From positions 8,205-72,204 of the forward strand of contig CAZTEC010000002.1 of NCBI GenBank assembly GCA_964612765.1: 64,000 bases of DNA, read 5' to 3'. How positions within the stretch are numbered: position 1 is the first letter of the stretch; the number at the start of each line of letters is the position of its first letter. A model generated the notes under the pieces. The model saw only the letters and a list, made by a program, of their open reading frames with translations, did not search any database and had not been told where the DNA came from. Of the stretch, positions 54,659 to 64,000 are shown in pieces. Source of the stretch: an uncultured Carnobacteriaceae bacterium. Its GTDB lineage: Bacteria; Bacillota; Bacilli; Lactobacillales; Carnobacteriaceae_A. The translations under genes were made by a program, and so were the position numbers.

Positions 54659-54892
54659 ATGGCTGGACGTCGCGGTGGAAGAAGACGACGCAAGGTAGAT
54701 TTTTTAGCAGCAAATCACATTGAGTACGTAGATTACAAAGATGTTGATTTGTTAAGCCGTTTCGTATCTGACAGAGGTAAAATTTTACCACGTCGTGTTA
54801 CTGGAACATATGCTAAAAACCAACGTAAAGTATCTGCAGCAATTAAAAGAGCTCGTATTATGGGTTTGTTACCATTTGTTACAGAAGACTAA
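54659..54892 (+). CDS. rpsR: 30S ribosomal protein S18 (Zn-free type)
   Basis: [34 protein letters not shown]. Confidence 0.97.
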   Translation: MAGRRGGRRRRKVDFLAANHIEYVDYKDVDLLSRFVSDRGKILPRRVTGTYAKNQRKVSAAIKRARIMGLLPFVTED

Positions 54893-54911
54893 TAATAATA
54901 TAATTTAAATG

Positions 54912-54942
54912 AAGAGACTAGAAATTTTCTAGTCTCTTTTTA
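54912..54942 (+). terminator. Terminator of rpsF-ssb-rpsR
   Basis: AAGAGACTAGAAA/TTTCTAGTCTCTT followed by a T run. Confidence 0.85.
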
Positions 54943-54968
54943 TATATTCTAATTGTAGGAGTATATAT

Positions 54969-54984
54969 TGTTTCACGTGGAACA
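54969..54984. promoter_or_regulatory. parS site
   Basis: TGTTTCACGTGGAACA. Confidence 0.9.
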
Positions 54985-55175
54985 ATTTGACGGAAATAGT
55001 ATTAGCATTAGGTACCAAATATATATTTTTGGACAGGCTAAAATTTCAGTGGTGAAATGTGCTGCTGGTATAGGGAAGAGTGTTAAAGAGATAAACAGTA
55101 AAAATACGGGAGATTTCTGGAATTATACACGTAATAGTGCTAGAATTAGTAAAGAAAATTTAAAAAGGAGTTCAT

Positions 55176-57167
55176 ATGAAACCGTTAAAAGATAAGCGAT
55201 TATCATCTTTTTTTGAGGTTGACTCATTAAAAAATGTAGTTAAACTAGTAATCGCATTACAAGTTGCAATCGTATTTGTTTCATTGTACTTAAATATTTG
55301 GCTTGGCATAATCGTGTTCTTATTATTTGCTGTTATGGACTTTGTACTGTGGCGCTTATCTGAGCGGGCTACCGAAGATCTAGAGTCGTACATCTCAAAT
55401 TTAAGTTACCGAATTAAACGAGGAGAACATGAAGCAATCATTAAGTTACCTATTGGTATCGTTATTTGTAATGACCAAGATGAAATAGAATGGTTAAGCC
55501 CTTATTTACAAACGGCATCCAAAGATGAAGAAGCTTTAATTGGAAGAAAAGTTGAAGATGTCTTTAATGGGATAAAAGAAGCGCTAAATAATGAGAATCC
55601 TGAGGCTAGAATTATCGAGTGGTCTGATGAACACTATCGAGTTCGAATTGAAGAAGATATTAATGTAATATATTTTGAAAATGTATCCTATTATATAAAG
55701 ATTCAAGAAGAGCTTGAAAGAAATCGATCGGTAGTAGGCTGGATGTACTTAGATAATTATGACGAACTGATTCGAAATTTAGATGACCGTGCAATTTCTA
55801 ATTTCAATAGTTTGCTGACGACCTATTTATCAAATTGGGCAAGACAACATAACATATATTATAAGCGTACAGAAAATGATAAGTATCTATTATTATTAAG
55901 ACATAATGAGTTAGAACGTTTGGAAACAGAAAAATTTAATATCATCAATAATATTCGAGAGTATACATCAAAACGTAATCTTCCATTAACGATTAGTATG
56001 GGTGTTGCATATGGGGAAGCTTCTTTTAATGATTTAGCTTCTCAGGCACAAAAAGATTTAGATTTAGCTTTGGGTCGTGGTGGCGACCAAGTGATTGTAC
56101 GTGAATTTGATGAAGACCCAAGGTACTACGGTGGAAATACAAATCCAATGGAAAAGAGAACGCGTGTTCGGTCTCGAATGATAAGCGAAGCGCTTCAAGA
56201 GCAAATTAAACAAGCGCCTACGACATATATTGTTGGACATGTTTATCCAGACATGGATTCAATTGGATCAGCTTTAGGAATTGCGAGAATTGCAATGATG
56301 TTAGATAAGAATGCTAAAGTTATTATAGACCAAGAAAAAATTGGTAAAGACATTAAAAAATTACTTGAAGAAATTAAAAAATATAATGAGACATCTAGGA
56401 ATATTATTTCACCAGAGGAAGCTATCGAAGTAATTGCACCGGAAGATTTAGTCGTTATGGTGGATCATCATAAACCTTCTATGTCTGTCGCAAAAAATAT
56501 TTCAAGTAAAACAAATAAGGTCGTGGTGATTGATCATCATCGACGTGGGGATGAATTTCCGAATAAACCAACATTGGTTTACATCGAGCCTTATGCTTCT
56601 TCTGCATCAGAATTAATTGCTGAACTTTTTGAGTATGTCGCTTCAGATAGTAATTCGATAAATCGAATTGAAGCTACAGCGATGTTAGGTGGTATAATAG
56701 TAGATACGAATAACTTTAGCTTAAGAACAGGTTCTCGAACATTTAATGCGGCAAGTTATTTACAATCTGTTGGGGCAAATTCTTCGACGATTCAGCGATT
56801 ATTGAAAGAAGAACCTGAAAATTATTTAGCTCGAATGGAAATTGTTAAGACGATGGAATTTGTTCAAAAAGGAATGGCTGTAGCTGTTGGAGAAGAAAAT
56901 GAAATACATCGTCAGGTAATTGCGGCTCAAACGGCGGATACCATTCTTTCTATGACAGATGTCGAAGCTTCTTTTGTCATTGTCCGGATTGACGAAGATA
57001 AAATTGGTGTTAGTGCAAGAAGTTTAGGAAAAGTGAATGTTCAGCGTATAATGGAGAAGTTGGGTGGTGGCGGACATTTGACGAACGCTGCTACACAGAT
57101 TAAGGATGTAACAATCGCTGATGCAAAGGAACAACTAGCGGAAGTAATGCAAGAAATAAATAGTTAA
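55176..57167 (+). CDS. gdpP: c-di-AMP phosphodiesterase GdpP
   Basis: 2 TM, PAS, degenerate GGDEF (GRGGDQ), DHH (IDHHRR), DHHA1 (GGGGH). Confidence 0.95.
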   Translation: MKPLKDKRLSSFFEVDSLKNVVKLVIALQVAIVFVSLYLNIWLGIIVFLLFAVMDFVLWRLSERATEDLESYISNLSYRIKRGEHEAIIKLPIGIVICNDQDEIEWLSPYLQTASKDEEALIGRKVEDVFNGIKEALNNENPEARIIEWSDEHYRVRIEEDINVIYFENVSYYIKIQEELERNRSVVGWMYLDNYDELIRNLDDRAISNFNSLLTTYLSNWARQHNIYYKRTENDKYLLLLRHNELERLETEKFNIINNIREYTSKRNLPLTISMGVAYGEASFNDLASQAQKDLDLALGRGGDQVIVREFDEDPRYYGGNTNPMEKRTRVRSRMISEALQEQIKQAPTTYIVGHVYPDMDSIGSALGIARIAMMLDKNAKVIIDQEKIGKDIKKLLEEIKKYNETSRNIISPEEAIEVIAPEDLVVMVDHHKPSMSVAKNISSKTNKVVVIDHHRRGDEFPNKPTLVYIEPYASSASELIAELFEYVASDSNSINRIEATAMLGGIIVDTNNFSLRTGSRTFNAASYLQSVGANSSTIQRLLKEEPENYLARMEIVKTMEFVQKGMAVAVGEENEIHRQVIAAQTADTILSMTDVEASFVIVRIDEDKIGVSARSLGKVNVQRIMEKLGGGGHLTNAATQIKDVTIADAKEQLAEVMQEINS

Positions 57168-57187
57168 TGATATTGGGGGAATTATTC

Positions 57188-57643
57188 ATGGAAGTTATCT
57201 TGTTAAAAGACGTTAAGGGTACTGGAAAAAAGGGAGAAATTCATAACGTAGCTGCTGGCTATGCCCAAAATTTTTTAATTAAGAATGGTCTAGCTAAAGA
57301 AGCTACACCTGCTGAAAAGAGTAAATTAAATGCTCAGCTTAAGGCAAAACAGCGCGATGAAAAAGAGATATTAGAAGAAGCAAAAAAACAAAAAGAATTA
57401 TTAGAAAATAATTCAATAGAAATTTATGAAAAAGCTTCGGATGACGGTCGTCTGTTTGGTTCGATTACAACCAAAAAAATTGCGGATGCGCTTAAAGAAC
57501 AATTAGATGTGAATGTTGATAAACGTAAAATTACGCAAAAAATTCCTATGCGTTCACTCGGTACACAACAAGTTGAAGTTAAACTTCACAATCAAGTAAC
57601 GGCTTCTTTAACGGTTCGTGCATTGGGATTAGACGAAAAATAA
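57188..57643 (+). CDS. rplI: 50S ribosomal protein L9
   Basis: [31 protein letters not shown]. Confidence 0.97.
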   Translation: MEVILLKDVKGTGKKGEIHNVAAGYAQNFLIKNGLAKEATPAEKSKLNAQLKAKQRDEKEILEEAKKQKELLENNSIEIYEKASDDGRLFGSITTKKIADALKEQLDVNVDKRKITQKIPMRSLGTQQVEVKLHNQVTASLTVRALGLDEK

Positions 57644-57740
57644 TAAATAAAGTAGCTCTTGTTCTAAATAGATAACAGGGACAAGGGCTTTTTTAACTCA
57701 AGTTTACAAAGTGTATTTTTGTAAAGAAAGGATGATGTCA

Positions 57741-59114
57741 TTGGTCATGGATCAAATGGGTGAACGTATGCCCCCTCAAAATAATGAGGCAGAACAATCT
57801 GTTTTGGGTTCTATCTTATTGCAACCTCAAGCATTAATTTCTTCGATGGAATATATTCAAGCAAGTGATTTTTATCGAAGATCGCATCAGTTAATTTTTC
57901 AAGCGATGATTGATTTGAATGAAAAGAATGAAGAAATCGACGTTATTACAGTAGCAAATATTCTTGAAACAAGTGGACAGTTAGAAGATGTAGGTGGAAC
58001 ACCATACTTAGCTGAATTGGCAAACGTTGTACCTACTGCGGCTAACGTTGAATATTATGCTAAAATTGTTGAAGAACGATCATTATTACGACGCTTAATT
58101 CAGGCATCTACTGAAATAATCTCGGATACTTATGAAGAAGCGAATGAAGTCTCCGGATTATTAGATCAAGCCGAACAAAAAATATTAGAAGTTTCGGAAC
58201 GAAAGAATCGAAGTGGTTTCGTTAAGATTAGTGATGTTCTGCGAACAAGTATGGAAGAAATCGATACGTTGTATAAAAACGCAGAAGAAATCACAGGACT
58301 TTCAACAGGTTATCGTGCACTAGATTTAATGACGGCGGGCTTACACGAAGATGAATTGATTATACTTGCTGCTCGACCAGGAGTTGGGAAAACTGCTTTC
58401 GTATTGAATGTTGCGCAAAATATTGGGACCTCAACGAATGAAAATGTCGCCATTTTTAGTTTAGAAATGGGGGCTACTCAGCTAGTTAACCGAATGCTTT
58501 GTGCGGAGGGGACCATTAATGCCAACAATTTACGTACGGGTCAACTAACGGAAGAAGAGTTTGAAAAATTATTTGTAGCTATGGGAAGTTTATCTAAAGC
58601 CAATATCTTTATTGACGATACACCAGGTATTCGTGTGTCAGAAATTCGCGCAAAATCTCGTCGTCTGATGCAAGAAAGAGGCGGGATTGGTTTGATTATC
58701 ATTGATTATCTTCAATTGATTGAAGGTTCAGGACGCGAGTCGAGACAGCAAGAAGTTTCTGAAATTTCTCGTCAACTGAAAAAATTAGCGATGGAGTTAA
58801 ATGTACCGGTTATTGCTTTGTCGCAACTTTCTCGTAGTGTGGAACAACGACAAGATAAGCGACCAATTCTAAGTGACTTACGTGAATCAGGATCGCTAGA
58901 GCAGGATGCGGATATTGTAGCCTTTCTTTATCGTGAAGATTATTATCGTGGTGAGGAAGGCGAAGAAGAACCCGAAGAGGATAATGTAGTTGAAGTTCTT
59001 ATTGAAAAAAACCGTTCGGGTGCAAGGGGGACTGTAAAACTCTTGTTTATTAAAGAATATAATAAATTCTCTTCATTAACATACTATCCTGAAGATCAGA
59101 TTGCAGGGTTTTAG
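57741..59114 (+). CDS. dnaC: Replicative DNA helicase (DnaB family; DnaC in Firmicutes)
   Basis: PPQNNEAEQSVLG, AARPGVGKT, IDYLQL, SDLRESGSLEQDAD; start uncertain (57732/57741/57747). Confidence 0.96.
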   Translation: MVMDQMGERMPPQNNEAEQSVLGSILLQPQALISSMEYIQASDFYRRSHQLIFQAMIDLNEKNEEIDVITVANILETSGQLEDVGGTPYLAELANVVPTAANVEYYAKIVEERSLLRRLIQASTEIISDTYEEANEVSGLLDQAEQKILEVSERKNRSGFVKISDVLRTSMEEIDTLYKNAEEITGLSTGYRALDLMTAGLHEDELIILAARPGVGKTAFVLNVAQNIGTSTNENVAIFSLEMGATQLVNRMLCAEGTINANNLRTGQLTEEEFEKLFVAMGSLSKANIFIDDTPGIRVSEIRAKSRRLMQERGGIGLIIIDYLQLIEGSGRESRQQEVSEISRQLKKLAMELNVPVIALSQLSRSVEQRQDKRPILSDLRESGSLEQDADIVAFLYREDYYRGEEGEEEPEEDNVVEVLIEKNRSGARGTVKLLFIKEYNKFSSLTYYPEDQIAGF

Positions 59115-59120
59115 AAAGTA

Positions 59121-59172
59121 AAAAAAGAGCTGCAACAGGAGAACGTACATTCTCATCTGTTGCAGCTTTTTT
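59121..59172. terminator. Bidirectional terminator
   Basis: AGCTGCAACAG...CTGTTGCAGCT with A/T tails. Confidence 0.8.
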
Positions 59173-59185
59173 ACTATACTTTAAT

Positions 59186-59473
59186 TTAGTTTTTTAATTC
59201 ATTTTCGATGCTTTCGATTGTTTCTCTTAGCTCACGTTGACGAGCGTCGAGGTTTGCTAATTCGAGTTCAACTTCTTTCTCAGCTTCAAGGTAGGCTTCT
59301 TGGAAGTCGTGTTTTAAATTATTTGCGCCTTCTTGGAAAGAATCTTTGGTATTCATTGCCTTATTTTTTAATTCATCTCTTAGTTCTTTCCCAGGCTTTG
59401 GTGCAAAAAGTAAAGCGACTGCTGCGGAAATGATGCTTGCTAAGAAAATGAGTGACCAATTATTTTTCTTCAT
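59186..59473 (-). CDS. YtxH-domain protein
   Basis: ALLFAPKPGKELRDEL. Confidence 0.8.
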   Translation of the reverse strand: MKKNNWSLIFLASIISAAVALLFAPKPGKELRDELKNKAMNTKDSFQEGANNLKHDFQEAYLEAEKEVELELANLDARQRELRETIESIENELKN

Positions 59474-59498
59474 ACTAACACGCTACTTTCTTTCAATA

Positions 59499-59945
59499 TT
59501 ATTTATTTTGGTAACGAACTTTTTGTTTCTCAGCTGTCTTTTTAAATGCTCGCTTGAAGGTTTCGACAATCTTAGGACCATCTTCTTTTAATTCATTTTT
59601 GATATTTGTTGAAATACCACCAGCATACTCGCCAGCATGATCTTTTAGATAGCGAAGTGAGGTTTGAAATTGTCCTTGTTCATCGATAAAATCTTGAAAA
59701 TGAACGGATTTTTCTTCAACATCTTTTTGCATAAGCTCAACTCGGTCTGTTAGATCGGTGACTTTTTCATTCAGATGCTCACCTTCTCTAGTATAAACCT
59801 TTTGCTTTTGCGTAATGAGTTCGTTTAAATCTTTTATATTATTCAAAGTTGGTTCCACTTGTTTTTTTGTAATGAACGCTACAACAATAACTATTATTAT
59901 GGAGAGAACAACGATAGCTATTGCTAAAATCGTACCAGTATTCAT
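59499..59945 (-). CDS. DUF948/YtxG-like single-TM coiled-coil protein
   Basis: N-terminal TM then coiled coil; upstream of a YtxH gene as in ytxGH. Confidence 0.55.
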   Translation of the reverse strand: MNTGTILAIAIVVLSIIIVIVVAFITKKQVEPTLNNIKDLNELITQKQKVYTREGEHLNEKVTDLTDRVELMQKDVEEKSVHFQDFIDEQGQFQTSLRYLKDHAGEYAGGISTNIKNELKEDGPKIVETFKRAFKKTAEKQKVRYQNK

Positions 59946-60128
59946 AATAAATCCCTCTTTTCTAAACGAATAAAGTATTTTATTGGAAATAAATTGTTAT
60001 TTTGTTTAAATTGAATTATCTTTAATATAACAATACCAAAAATGGAAAGAATCTTAAACTGAAATGGCGTTCATAACAAAGGAAATTTGTTAATAAAATA
60101 AACGAATAATGGATAAGGAGCAACTATT

Positions 60129-60653
60129 TTGACAAATGAAAAAAATATGCATGAACATACAAAGGAAACATCTGAATATCATTCGATCGATTATACTTTA
60201 GAATTACCAGCTGTTGTGGATGGAGAGATTATTCCAATTGAGGAAGTTGAAGACCAAATATTCTCCGGAAAATTAATTGGAGATGGGTATGGGATTCGAC
60301 CTACGGGAAAATATATCTTTGCTCCAGTTGATGCGAGAATTGAACAAATTGCAGCAACTAAACATGCAATATACTTACGTACTGAAGAAAATATGAAGTT
60401 ACTCATTCATTTAGGAATTGATACAATCGAACTCAAAGGAGAAGGCTTTATAAGCCGTCTAGAAAAAGGTGCCTTTGTTGAAAAGGGAGATACTTTAGTG
60501 GAGATGGATCTCTCTTTTATCGAGGAAGAAGGGTTTAATCCTGTAGTATCCGTTATTATTCTTGAATTATCTGGCGATCATGAGACGATTGAAGTATATC
60601 CGACAAAACATGCCATTGGGAATGAAACGATTGCTCTTCGTGCTAAAATTTAG
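60129..60653 (+). CDS. Stand-alone PTS glucose-family EIIA (Crr-like)
   Basis: DQIFSGKLIGDG, TKHA, LLIHLGIDTIELKGEGF. Confidence 0.88.
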   Translation: MTNEKNMHEHTKETSEYHSIDYTLELPAVVDGEIIPIEEVEDQIFSGKLIGDGYGIRPTGKYIFAPVDARIEQIAATKHAIYLRTEENMKLLIHLGIDTIELKGEGFISRLEKGAFVEKGDTLVEMDLSFIEEEGFNPVVSVIILELSGDHETIEVYPTKHAIGNETIALRAKI

Positions 60654-60739
60654 AAGATTTGATGTCGTATGAATGATTATAGAAAATTTATCCAACATTA
60701 TAGTTGCCGGCAGTATGCGCTTTGGTTGAAAACGCTTAA

Positions 60740-60768
60740 TTGCAAACCGTATTTTCCTATGTTATAAT
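60740..60768 (+). promoter_or_regulatory. SigA promoter of walRK
   Basis: TTGCAA-17-TATAAT with TG extension. Confidence 0.7.
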
Positions 60769-60841
60769 TTACCAATAATAAGGACTATTCTCGAGTTTAA
60801 GGCATGACAAAAAGAGTCTATTAAAATTGAGGAGACATAGA

Positions 60842-61555
60842 ATGAAAAAAATATTAGTAGTAGATGATGAAAAACCCATCTCAGATATTATTAAATTTAA
60901 TCTTGAAAAAGAAGGTTATGACGTTGTAACAGCGTTTGATGGTGAAGAAGCACTTGAAAAAGTGACGGAAGAAGAACCTGACTTAATTATTTTGGATGTA
61001 ATGTTACCCAAAAAAGATGGTTTAGAAGTCGTACGAGAAGTACGAAAAAATTATGATATGCCGATTATTATGGTAACAGCTAAAGAAACTGAAATTGACA
61101 AAGTTTTAGGACTTGAATTAGGTGCGGATGATTATGTAACCAAACCTTTCTCAAATCGCGAACTTGTCGCACGAGTTAAGGCGAATTTGCGTCGATTAAA
61201 TTCTACTGCAACAACAGAAACTACGCAGAAAGATAGTAATGATATTCAAGTGGGTGACTTAGTTATTCATCCGGATGCTTACTATATCTCGAAAAATGGT
61301 GATACGATCGAGCTAACCCATCGCGAATTTGAATTATTATATTATTTAACGCGTCACGTTGGTCAAGTGATGACAAGAGAACATTTACTTGAAGAAGTTT
61401 GGGATTTTGATTATTTAGGAGATGTCCGAACAGTGGATGTAACGATTCGTCGCTTACGTGAAAAAATCGAAGATAATCCTAGCCACCCGAATTATATTAT
61501 TACGAGGCGTGGAGTAGGTTATTACTTAAGGAATCCAGATAAAACGGAGCTTTAA
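60842..61555 (+). CDS. walR: Response regulator WalR (YycF)
   Basis: [49 protein letters not shown]. Confidence 0.97.
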   Translation: MKKILVVDDEKPISDIIKFNLEKEGYDVVTAFDGEEALEKVTEEEPDLIILDVMLPKKDGLEVVREVRKNYDMPIIMVTAKETEIDKVLGLELGADDYVTKPFSNRELVARVKANLRRLNSTATTETTQKDSNDIQVGDLVIHPDAYYISKNGDTIELTHREFELLYYLTRHVGQVMTREHLLEEVWDFDYLGDVRTVDVTIRRLREKIEDNPSHPNYIITRRGVGYYLRNPDKTEL

Positions 61556-61557
61556 TC

Positions 61558-63429
61558 ATGAAAAAGAAGAAACGATTTTACCAATCGATTAATGCTAAGA
61601 TAGTTTTTATAATAGTTATGGTTATTGTATTCGCCCTGCAGTTAATTGGGGCGAATTTTATTACGCAAACAGAGCGACAGTTAATTAGTAATTTTCAAGA
61701 GAATCAACAACTGCAGATGACTTTTTTAGAGAACAGTTTTCGACCATATTTGGAAATGAGAGAAAATCCGCAAACGATTCCTGAAGATGTCAATCCAAAT
61801 GAAGAAATCAATAGTCTATTGTCCGAATATTCTGGACCGGGCATCACAAATGTTATTGTTGTGGATGCTAGTTTTGTTGTGGTCGGAAATAGCGATACGA
61901 CCCAGCAAGTGAGTTTGGGGCAATTATTGAATGATGAGGATGTTCGCCCTGCGATTCTGCAAGGAGCAACGGTTTCGCGACAGACATTTAATGCACAATT
62001 AAATGCTAGGAGATGGCGCCTCATCGAGCCTGTACATTCTTCTGCGGAAAGTCAAACGGTTGTTGGTGCAATCATTATGGAGAGTAATATTGAAAGCATC
62101 TACGAACAGATTACCGATATTACGTTTATCTTTTTACGTGCTTCGTTGATTGCGATTATCCTATCTTCTATCCTTGCAAATATGGTTTCGAAAGCCTTGA
62201 CTGATCCTTTTCGAGAAATGCAAGAGAAAGCGAAAGCAATCGGTGAAGGGGACTATTCAGGTGAAGTTACGATTTACGGGAACGATGAAATTGGTTTATT
62301 AGCACAGAATATTAATCAACTATCTGATGAAGTAGAAAGCGGTCAAAGAAGAATTGAATCTGAGCGACAACGTTTGGATAGTGTCTTAAGTAATATGACG
62401 GAAGGCGTTATTGCCACAAACCGTCGTGGAGAAATTGATATTGTTAATACAATGGCAACGACCATGCTTAATCTTACACGGGAAGAAATAGTTGGGAAAA
62501 ATATATTACGACTTCTTGAATTAGAAGAGGATTATAATTTAAGAGATCTTCTTGATACGAAAGAAGCGATTACCGTATATATTGATACGCCAGAGACAAT
62601 GACGATTCTACGAGCATCATTCTCGATGATTCAGGCAGAGTCGGGTTACATTAGCGGGATTGTTAGTGTGTTGCGAGATGTTACTGAAGAAGAACGAATT
62701 GAGGAAGAACGAAAACAGTTTGTTTCAAATGTATCTCATGAATTGCGGACACCATTAACGAGTATGCGAAGTTATATTGAAGCATTAATTGATGGAGCAT
62801 GGAAGGATCCGGAGTTAGCACCGAGATTCCTAGATGTTGCTCAATCCGAAACGGATCGTATGATTCGCATGATTCAAGATTTACTCCACTTATCGCGGAT
62901 TGATTCTGGCAAGAGCGAGCTACAAAAAGAATTAATTGATTTGACGGCATTGTTTACGCAGGTATTAAATCGTTTTGATATGCTATTAGATTCAGAAGAA
63001 TACAGAAATAATAATTACACGATTCAAAGGGACTTAGTGAATGAGGCTATCTTCGTGGACATTGACTCGGATCGTATTGTTCAAGTATTAGATAATGTGT
63101 TGAACAATGCAGTTAAGTATTCCCCTGACGGTGGAAAAATTATTTGTACGATGAAGATTGAAGCTACTCAAGTGGTTATCCTGATTAAAGATGAGGGGAT
63201 AGGTATCCCACAAGAAGATATTGACCACATTTTTGACCGATTCTATCGGGTGGATCGCGCAAGATCTAGAGCAATGGGTGGTACGGGCTTAGGTTTAGCG
63301 ATTAGTCGTGAAGTTGTAGAACAACATGGTGGGCATATTTGGGCTGAGAGTAAAAATCGAGAAGGTACAACTTTCTATATTGCACTTCCATATATTCCGT
63401 ATGAAGAGGAGGAATGGGGATGGGAATAA
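61558..63429 (+). CDS. walK: Sensor histidine kinase WalK (YycG)
   Basis: TM-HAMP-PAS-HisKA (FVSNVSHELRTPLT)-HATPase; follows walR. Confidence 0.96.
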   Translation: MKKKKRFYQSINAKIVFIIVMVIVFALQLIGANFITQTERQLISNFQENQQLQMTFLENSFRPYLEMRENPQTIPEDVNPNEEINSLLSEYSGPGITNVIVVDASFVVVGNSDTTQQVSLGQLLNDEDVRPAILQGATVSRQTFNAQLNARRWRLIEPVHSSAESQTVVGAIIMESNIESIYEQITDITFIFLRASLIAIILSSILANMVSKALTDPFREMQEKAKAIGEGDYSGEVTIYGNDEIGLLAQNINQLSDEVESGQRRIESERQRLDSVLSNMTEGVIATNRRGEIDIVNTMATTMLNLTREEIVGKNILRLLELEEDYNLRDLLDTKEAITVYIDTPETMTILRASFSMIQAESGYISGIVSVLRDVTEEERIEEERKQFVSNVSHELRTPLTSMRSYIEALIDGAWKDPELAPRFLDVAQSETDRMIRMIQDLLHLSRIDSGKSELQKELIDLTALFTQVLNRFDMLLDSEEYRNNNYTIQRDLVNEAIFVDIDSDRIVQVLDNVLNNAVKYSPDGGKIICTMKIEATQVVILIKDEGIGIPQEDIDHIFDRFYRVDRARSRAMGGTGLGLAISREVVEQHGGHIWAESKNREGTTFYIALPYIPYEEEEWGWE

Positions 63430-64000
63430 GAAAAGATAATATACTGAGTGTAGTACTTGGCTTTTTAATCATTATTAGTTTGTTTCTATCGTACACTCTT
63501 TGGACGGCGGGTAGAAGTGAAGGGGAAGTTGAGAACACAAGTACGCAAACGACACGGATGAATATTTCCGAAAGAGATTATGAACCGAGTGAAGTTTTCC
63601 GTCCAACCTATGTAGCCATTCATGGAGTTGATCAAGAGAATCATTTAATGATGGCGAACACGTTCCCTTTAAGGAATTTATTGAATAATAGTTATATGAC
63701 AGAAAATTTAGACCGAATTATACGAACAGAAGTATTAACAAATCAAGAATATATTGAATCAATGGAAGCCGGTCAGTGGCTAGAGTTTATCTTTATTGAA
63801 GAGCAGCCTATAGGTTTACTGGAACCAAAATTTTATGATCTTCAAGATGATTATATGGATGTCTTTTATGATCGGATGATTATAAATTTAGATAATCGTC
63901 AATCCGTCTATCTTTATAATACAAAAGAAGAAATGATTTACTCAGTGGATGCGTTGGAAGATTCACCGATTAATGTCGATCCATTCTTAAACACAGAAAA
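63420..64000 (+). CDS. walH: WalH (YycH), truncated by window end
   Basis: ATG 63420 overlaps the walK end: MGIRKDNILSVVLGFLIIISLFLSYTLWT, a single N-terminal TM; expected operon position. Confidence 0.8.
   Translation, partial: MGIRKDNILSVVLGFLIIISLFLSYTLWTAGRSEGEVENTSTQTTRMNISERDYEPSEVFRPTYVAIHGVDQENHLMMANTFPLRNLLNNSYMTENLDRIIRTEVLTNQEYIESMEAGQWLEFIFIEEQPIGLLEPKFYDLQDDYMDVFYDRMIINLDNRQSVYLYNTKEEMIYSVDALEDSPINVDPFLNTE

Noticed and set aside
54968-55195. 75-aa ORF starting MFHVEQ
   Set aside because: The N-terminus is simply the translation of the parS site, a well-known spurious ORF; it overlaps the gdpP promoter region.

Overview
Low-GC Firmicute chromosome segment spanning the replication origin. 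Gene content and order suggest a Lactobacillales/Carnobacteriaceae-like organism (inference). Core region: mnmG-mnmE, [mtlD remnant, folC], jag-yidC-rnpA-rpmH | oriC-dnaA-oriC-dnaN-yaaA-recF-gyrB-gyrA, [glpK-glpD/O], rpsF-ssb-rpsR-gdpP-rplI-dnaC, [DUF948/YtxH, EIIA], walR-walK-walH, with DnaA boxes, DnaA-trios, two parS sites and an S6:S18 leader. The left arm carries a large secreted repeat adhesin (runs off the window and is absent from the ORF track) with a small RHH gene and a divergent Mga-like regulator, pckA/birA/FAD-oxidase, upper mevalonate genes, and an ~11.6 kb peptidoglycan-salvage island (murR, murQ, mupG, two orphan Lac-family EIIC, nagZ, anmK, AmiE-like hydrolase) with paired candidate operators. 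The most unexplained signals are: (1) a NERD-nuclease/Zn-ribbon gene followed directly by three 52-bp hairpin units, with a solo relative 13 kb away that keeps the outer arms but has a different inner stem, a candidate REP/RAYT-like system using a NERD protein; (2) a ~128-bp structured dispersed repeat, two copies of which abut stop codons; (3) an attenuator-like leader ahead of mnmEG. All calls come from reading the sequence by eye; no searches were run.
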